From IMG/VR virus record IMGVR_UViG_3300028596_000012, positions 1 to 60,670 of that record: DNA of 60,670 nucleotides; one strand, 5' to 3'. Origin of the DNA: a virus. Taxonomy: Duplodnaviria; Caudoviricetes. A program made the translations under genes and the position numbers. A model generated the notes under the pieces. That model searched no databases and was not told the DNA's origin. It saw only the letters and a program-made list of their open reading frames with translations. Of this stretch, positions 55,752 to 60,670 are shown piece by piece. The first letter of the stretch is position 1. The number at the start of each line of letters is the position of its first letter.

Positions 55752-55883
55752 CTTCGTCCCCTTGCCCTAGCGCCTGCTCTGCCCTTGCAACACGAACGTT
55801 ACCCTAAGGCAACTCCAATGGCTACAAAAATCTTGAACTGGCGTCCTAGCTTCCTAGGATGGTTGTGTTTACCAGTGCAAAAG

Positions 55884-55937
55884 GAAGCAGGGCCCAGGCG
55901 GCTCGGGGGAACCGGTTGAAGCCCTGGACCCTGCTTC
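55884..55937 (-). terminator. Terminator ending the late operon
   Basis: GAAGCAGGGTCCAGG...CCTGGGCCCTGCTTC stem followed by CTTTTG. Confidence 0.7.
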
Positions 55938-56065
55938 TGGCGGACTAGGCGTGTTGGAGGCCACCCGGTTCCACCGGCGCGGAGCTCATTGGCGTAAGGG
56001 GACGACAACCGCTCTCCGCGCGCTTCCTATCTACCATACCTCCGGCGGCCGAACTGCCGCTGCTC

Positions 56066-56434
56066 CTACTTCATGACTCCCTCGGAAGGGGCGGTCGGCA
56101 CCGGATCCACCTTGGGCGTCACCTGGGGGCGGACCGCCAGGAGACCGAGCGCCGCGACCGCGATGGCCTGCAACGCGTTCACCTGCTCCGGCGTGACCTC
56201 GAAGCCGTACGCCACCAGCACGCCGGCCGCAGCCGCGATCAGACCGTTGAACAAGGCCGGATTGAACGGCCGGACCATGACGCCGTTGAGAACGCCCACC
56301 AGAGCGGTGAGAACGCCCATGATGGCAGCGGCCTGGAGGTCCGACAGACCGTCCAGCTGCAGCATGACCAGGTAGCTCAGGACCGCACCGACCAGCGTCA
56401 CGATCAGAGACGGGTCCCTACCGAAGATCTTCAT
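56066..56434 (-). CDS. Holin
   Basis: MKIFGRDP...several transmembrane helices...RPQVTP, typical of actinophage holins. Confidence 0.75.
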   Translation of the reverse strand: MKIFGRDPSLIVTLVGAVLSYLVMLQLDGLSDLQAAAIMGVLTALVGVLNGVMVRPFNPALFNGLIAAAAGVLVAYGFEVTPEQVNALQAIAVAALGLLAVRPQVTPKVDPVPTAPSEGVMK

Positions 56435-56475
56435 ATGCCCCTCCTTGGGGTTTCAGGTACCTCTCCGGAGGATAC

Positions 56476-56799
56476 CTAGCAGCCCAACGTGCGTCGGTAT
56501 TCCGCCCACAGGGCGGCCACGTTCTGCCCAGCCGGAGTTTGGGGCGGAGTCTCCTTGTACAGCTCGTCGAACGCGACTACCAGCTGGCAGGACTGCTTCC
56601 GCGCCGCCACCTGCGCGGCTGCCTGCGCCTTGCGCTCGGACTGCTTCCGTTCGTTGTCCACGTACAGCGTGAACATGATATTCAGGCCCGTAGCAACGAC
56701 GAATACCATGACTAGCACCACGATTGGGTACCAGCCGTGGACCTGAACCACCACGCGTGCCGGAGGCTTTTCGAGCCTGACTTTGTCTTCCGCCGCCAT
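56476..56799 (-). CDS. Membrane protein (lysis region)
   Basis: One transmembrane helix, coiled coil, Cys pair with a terminal LGC. Confidence 0.65.
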   Translation of the reverse strand: MAAEDKVRLEKPPARVVVQVHGWYPIVVLVMVFVVATGLNIMFTLYVDNERKQSERKAQAAAQVAARKQSCQLVVAFDELYKETPPQTPAGQNVAALWAEYRRTLGC

Positions 56800-56829
56800 G
56801 GGATCTCCTGCTCTACTTGAAAATGATCA

Positions 56830-57099
56830 TCAAGACGTAGGCGACGAGGAGGGCTGTGGCTGTGGCGGCGGAGACCCAGATGGCGGTCCGGGGATAGGTG
56901 GAGCCGCCGGGGGAGGCTCCACTCCAGACTGGCGCATCGCCAGGAACGCGAACGGCATTGGTACCAACACCATGGCGAAGAACAGGATCAACAACCATGG
57001 ATCGGGCTTGGACTTCAACATCTCGTTGATGAACCCACCGGCCCCCAACAACAGAGCCACTGTGTCCCTGGTGTAACGTTGGATTTTGTCTGGGCTCAC
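56830..57099 (-). CDS. Membrane protein (lysis region)
   Basis: AAGGAAGGA RBS, two transmembrane helices, Pro/Ser tail. Confidence 0.6.
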   Translation of the reverse strand: MSPDKIQRYTRDTVALLLGAGGFINEMLKSKPDPWLLILFFAMVLVPMPFAFLAMRQSGVEPPPAAPPIPGPPSGSPPPQPQPSSSPTS

Positions 57100-57118
57100 G
57101 CACGTGTCCGTCCTTCCT

Positions 57119-57925
57119 TCACTTCGAATAATTCACAGTCAGCACAGGAGGCGCATAACCAGATCCAACGCCTGCCGCGTATCCGTAGAACTCTCTGGAT
57201 GAACTGGGGGCCTCCAGGGCGACGCCCTTCCCCCAGCCGTCTCGTATCGCTGTGGCAAATTCTAGCGGCATCCAGACTTCGCGGAACTGTGGCTTGCCGA
57301 AGTGATGGTTCGTAATGCGTTGCCTGGGGATCCCGCCGCCCGCCCAGGTCGCGGGCTCAGAGCTGTAGTTATGAATTCCGAAGTATATCTGGACTCCAGA
57401 GTTGTACCACGCGTGCACGTTGGTCATCGACAGCCGGACGCTGTTCACGGTGCTGCCGGACAAGGCGGAAGCTATGGAAGCGTGGTCGAATCCGATCAGG
57501 CTCTGGTTCCTGCCGTTGAAGGCGTCCCCGGATGAACCGTAGTAGAGGTGCGTCACGCCTAGGTCGGTCCGGGCGGCCCCGCTCTGCCGGTACGACTGCG
57601 ACCAGATGGCCGGCCAGGAGTCCTCCTGTGTGACGATAGGGGCCGTCGGAGCAGCCGGGGCGGTCGCGGACGTGTCCGAACCAGGCGTCCCGGTGGCCCA
57701 CTCCCGATAGACGTAGGCAGTCCCAGCCGTGTTCAGGTGCCGTCCACGCATCCGCCCGTCCGGGAACAGCCAGAGGTTCGTCGGGTCTGACTCGGACGGA
57801 TCCTCATTGACTACAGGGATCCGGAATGGCATAGAGGTACCCTGTGTTGCAATTCGCCGAATCTCGTTGATCTCAGCGATGAACCGCCCCAGGGGGTCGC
57901 CGTCTTTGCGCAGCGGGGCTGTCAC
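57119..57925 (-). CDS. Minor tail protein
   Basis: Beta-rich C-terminal domain (SLIGFD...PVLTVNYSK). Confidence 0.7.
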   Translation of the reverse strand: MTAPLRKDGDPLGRFIAEINEIRRIATQGTSMPFRIPVVNEDPSESDPTNLWLFPDGRMRGRHLNTAGTAYVYREWATGTPGSDTSATAPAAPTAPIVTQEDSWPAIWSQSYRQSGAARTDLGVTHLYYGSSGDAFNGRNQSLIGFDHASIASALSGSTVNSVRLSMTNVHAWYNSGVQIYFGIHNYSSEPATWAGGGIPRQRITNHHFGKPQFREVWMPLEFATAIRDGWGKGVALEAPSSSREFYGYAAGVGSGYAPPVLTVNYSK

Positions 57926-59067
57926 ACTACGCCTCCAGCGTCTACCTCGGGAAGGGTGTAGTCCGTGAGGTCCACGATGACCTTGACGGACCCAGCCCCA
58001 GAGTTGCTGACTTCCTTGGAGACTACGCGTGCCGCCGAGAGATCGATGTCAGTCAACCGGTCCTTGATTTGGAGACGTCCCCGGTCTCCTACCTGATAGG
58101 AGTCCGGGTCAATCTGTCCCCAGTTGTGCTCCACAGGTATAGTCTGCGTACCATCGGAGTAGAACTTACGCGCCCGTCGAGCGTGCGAGAACAGCGTGTT
58201 GCGTTCGATGACCGACGGGTAGCTGGCGCTACCGTCCAGACGCAGAACGCCCGCACCGCCCAGGTTGGGCAAGAAGTCATAGCTGAACATCTGGTCGGGC
58301 GGCTGGCCCGCACCCGTCGTCCAGAAACGGTTGTATTGCTGGGATGCATCCTCTGTGACGTCACCAGGCTCGCAGTTGGACCCTCTCTGGGTGCTCTTGA
58401 AATGCAAGCCATCAATGAATGATCCACGCTCCGGATATCCCAGATCTAGGCTGAGACGAGGAAGCCCGTTGGTCGTGTTGGGCTTGATGCCCAGGGTCCA
58501 CTCGAAACCGCCGTCGCGATTGGCCATGCTATCAATGGCGTTTCCTGCCCGGATCATCTGCGTTCCGTAGAAGTTCAGATCTCGGTACTTGCCAGACAGC
58601 AAGGAGAAGTCGTAGTCGATGGGCGGGCAACCGGTTACCGCCCCGAACAGCGTTACGTCCTGCACCAGGGTGCGCGCAATGATCAGCTGGTCCTGGTTCA
58701 CGAAGGTGTAGAACCGATCGGAGTCCGTAAACGGATCCATGATGACCATGTACAGCCAGGAGCGCCACTCCACAGCAGTGATGTCTATCTGACCGCTCCT
58801 GCGGTTCCAGGTCCGCTTGATGATCGGACCGCCCCAGGGGTATGAGTTATCCGACTGCTTCTTGACGTATATGGCCGAGGCCCATGGCGTCGTAGCCTCC
58901 TTGATGGAGGCGCGCGGAACATCATCCTCGGGTACGGTGATCTTGGCGGTCAGCTGCCCGTTACCGCCCAGCACCCAGTTCCACTTGGCGTCGATGAGAT
59001 CCAGCTTCGGGTGAAGCATGTTCCCAAGCACCGGGTGGCAGGAGATGAAGCGGTAACGGGAAGCCAT
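57922..59067 (-). CDS. Minor tail (baseplate hub/Tal-like) protein
   Basis: WGGPIIKR, GGFEW, LGYP, YQVGD motifs of actinophage Gp37-like tail proteins. Confidence 0.75.
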   Translation of the reverse strand: MASRYRFISCHPVLGNMLHPKLDLIDAKWNWVLGGNGQLTAKITVPEDDVPRASIKEATTPWASAIYVKKQSDNSYPWGGPIIKRTWNRRSGQIDITAVEWRSWLYMVIMDPFTDSDRFYTFVNQDQLIIARTLVQDVTLFGAVTGCPPIDYDFSLLSGKYRDLNFYGTQMIRAGNAIDSMANRDGGFEWTLGIKPNTTNGLPRLSLDLGYPERGSFIDGLHFKSTQRGSNCEPGDVTEDASQQYNRFWTTGAGQPPDQMFSYDFLPNLGGAGVLRLDGSASYPSVIERNTLFSHARRARKFYSDGTQTIPVEHNWGQIDPDSYQVGDRGRLQIKDRLTDIDLSAARVVSKEVSNSGAGSVKVIVDLTDYTLPEVDAGGVV

Positions 59068-59070
59068 GAC

Positions 59071-59901
59071 TCAGGCCGCCGGAACCTGAAGGATGAGGTC
59101 GTCGCCGTAGCGCCAGCCCTCCACGCCGAAGACCTCCATCAGGTCGTTCCAGACGGCCGCAGTGAGGTTGTCGCTCGGCGCCCGGCAAACCCGCGACAGC
59201 GCGTTCAGCGAGTTTGTCTTGCCCTTGAGAGTGTCGTAGAGGAACGGGCCGATGACCTCGCCCTCACCGGTGATCAGCGCGACGACCTTCTGGGCCTTGC
59301 CCTGGGCATCGTTGCTGTTGGCTTCGATCGTGTACATCTCTTCGTCTCCCGACTTTTGCCCAGAGCTGCTGGGAGGAGTTGACCCGACGCTAGCCAGGTA
59401 CTGCTCCTTAGTCTCCCCGCGCCGGACGCTCAGCTGCTTGTTGGTGGCCTCACGGCTGTTGACCAGGTTGCGCTTCCGCGCGTCGTGGTCGTGCCACTTG
59501 TGCGTGTCGTCCGCGACGGTACGGGTGTTCCTGATGAAGTCCAGGCGCTCGGCCTTGCCCTTGCCGTTCCAGCCGATGTACTCCGCCTGGACGTCGCGGC
59601 GCGGGTCCGAGTGGTCGTAGAACAACCGCTCGAAGTTGGCCCAGTCCGCCACCATGTCAGCCGTGGACTTGGATGTATCCACAGCCGAGGACAGCAGGTT
59701 CGAGCCGGCTGCCGGCATCTGGTCGAACCAGTCTCGGTTCGTGTACCCGCCTGGCTGCGGCAGTTCCTTGATGCCGATGTGGTACGTGTTGGACTTGAAG
59801 TGACTCTGGTCACCGTTGATGCCGGAGTGCACCGCCGTGGGGCGGGTCTTGACCACCTCTGCGGCGTAGTGCTGCATCTCTGGAGTGGGTGCAGACGTCA
59901 C
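59071..59901 (-). CDS. Endolysin, probable Zn-peptidase (M15-like)
   Basis: SGINGDQSH...YH...AVD...EYIGW...HKWHDH. Confidence 0.65.
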   Translation of the reverse strand: MTSAPTPEMQHYAAEVVKTRPTAVHSGINGDQSHFKSNTYHIGIKELPQPGGYTNRDWFDQMPAAGSNLLSSAVDTSKSTADMVADWANFERLFYDHSDPRRDVQAEYIGWNGKGKAERLDFIRNTRTVADDTHKWHDHDARKRNLVNSREATNKQLSVRRGETKEQYLASVGSTPPSSSGQKSGDEEMYTIEANSNDAQGKAQKVVALITGEGEVIGPFLYDTLKGKTNSLNALSRVCRAPSDNLTAAVWNDLMEVFGVEGWRYGDDLILQVPAA

Positions 59902-60191
59902 GATTCCACCTCCTCCACAGGGTTCTCACCCGGTAGCGCCCAGACGTCCCAGTCCTGGCTGTTGGCGGCATGCAGCGCCTTGCTCTGGATGAAGCGACGC
60001 GGACTTTCGTCACGGCAGACGAATGCGCCGCGCTCTTTGTCCCAGTCGTAGACCCAAGCCAGCGCCTGCGGAACGTGGGCAGCCACGGCCCCCTTGGGGA
60101 ATCGAGACTCTCGCTCCACGCCGTCCATTGGCCCGCCAATGCAAAGACCCACATTGGTGTACCTGCCACTGTGGTGCTTTTCTTCGCTCAT
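59898..60191 (-). CDS. Hypothetical protein
   Basis: GGAGGT RBS; IGGPMDG motif. Confidence 0.55.
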   Translation of the reverse strand: MSEEKHHSGRYTNVGLCIGGPMDGVERESRFPKGAVAAHVPQALAWVYDWDKERGAFVCRDESPRRFIQSKALHAANSQDWDVWALPGENPVEEVES

Positions 60192-60244
60192 AACACCTCC
60201 CCGTGCTACTAGTTGCCTAACTCTATCTCGGAAAGCAGGCTTGG

Positions 60245-60670
60245 CTACTCCCAGCCCTCCAGCACGAACTGCGAACCAGTGATGAAGGATCCCGCTAGCG
60301 GCAGGACAGTCAGGGACGTGTAGGCGTTGGAGCCGTGGTACGTAGTTGTTCCGTTCCAGGTCAGCATGTGCCCGCCCACGGTGCCGGTAAAGCCGGACCG
60401 CACCACGGCCGTCAGGTTGTTGGCGTGCGGCGAGTTCCAGCCCTGGAACAGCGCCTCGGCGGTGGTGAACTGTCCGGAAACCACCGAAGATCCAGCACAG
60501 AATCCAATGCGGCCAGCGGTCTGTGCGGCACCATTTGCCCCGCCCAGCGTGGTGTCCTGCATGAAGTTGCCCGCGTGCCGGTAGTTGGCACCGGTGTCTC
60601 CGCCGATGCGGATCAGGAGGTCCTGATAGACGCTGGCGTTGTCATGCCGAGCCGTAACCGTCAGGCGCAC
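60245..60670 (-). CDS. Tail fibre / receptor-binding protein, C-terminal part (joins 1-866)
   Basis: GGDTGANY...TSLTVLP...GSQFVLEG beta-sandwich; continuous with the N-terminal part across the overlap. Confidence 0.8.
   Translation of the reverse strand: MRLTVTARHDNASVYQDLLIRIGGDTGANYRHAGNFMQDTTLGGANGAAQTAGRIGFCAGSSVVSGQFTTAEALFQGWNSPHANNLTAVVRSGFTGTVGGHMLTWNGTTTYHGSNAYTSLTVLPLAGSFITGSQFVLEGWE

Larger units (their letters stand above)
48811..55830 (-). promoter_or_regulatory. About ten repeated early promoter/leader cassettes
   Basis: -10 boxes TAACGT/TAGAGT/TATAGT at 48835, 49850, 50299, 50856, 51319, 51805, 53735, 54035, 54756 and 55796; GTAGC 19-20 nt upstream in 8 of them; GTTGGAG or TAAGGGGA leaders and mostly AAGGGGA-type RBS. 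Confidence 0.85.

Noticed and set aside
48811-55830. Repeats as a CRISPR-like array or att sites
   Set aside because: Each copy precedes a gene, contains a -10 box and an RBS, and copies are hundreds of bases apart; there is no integrase.
60245-60670. Diversity-generating retroelement acting on the tail fibre tip
   Set aside because: No reverse transcriptase or template repeat was found; the end mismatch is explained by a local inverted copy.
1-60670. Frequent CTAG and TAG stops suggesting recoding or unusual site bias
   Set aside because: Genes tile normally with TAG as a stop, and no suppressor tRNA is present; the bias cannot be quantified by eye.

Overview
This window is an apparently complete, circular (about 60,536 bp plus a 126-bp assembly overlap), high-GC siphovirus-type phage genome. 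The host is probably an actinomycete; the endolysin type hints at Micromonosporaceae, but that is inference. Essentially all real genes lie on the minus strand. Modules: virion genes (terminase, portal, MuF-ADP-ribosyltransferase fusion, scaffold, capsid, tail, tape measure), a split lysis set, replication and recombination genes (prim-pol/helicase, DnaE-type polymerase, SNF2 helicase, Cas4-like nuclease, Sak4-like ATPase, SSB-like protein, RuvC), a large nucleotide-handling cluster, and an early region built of repeated promoter cassettes. I found no integrase, repressor, reverse transcriptase or CRISPR array. Most notable: (1) a densely folded 300-nt intergenic region with two tRNA-like RNAs that lack a normal anticodon loop; (2) a coupled FAD-oxidoreductase/HAD/SDR/Nmad1/UDG/dCTP-deaminase/DnaE/ThyX-variant/MazG cluster that looks like an unidentified DNA-modification pathway; (3) about ten three-element early promoters, some with the -35 box in a hairpin loop; (4) a +1 UUU-CGU frameshift candidate in the tail chaperone; (5) an iteron-like origin. 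All functional calls come from motif recognition by eye; no searches were run.
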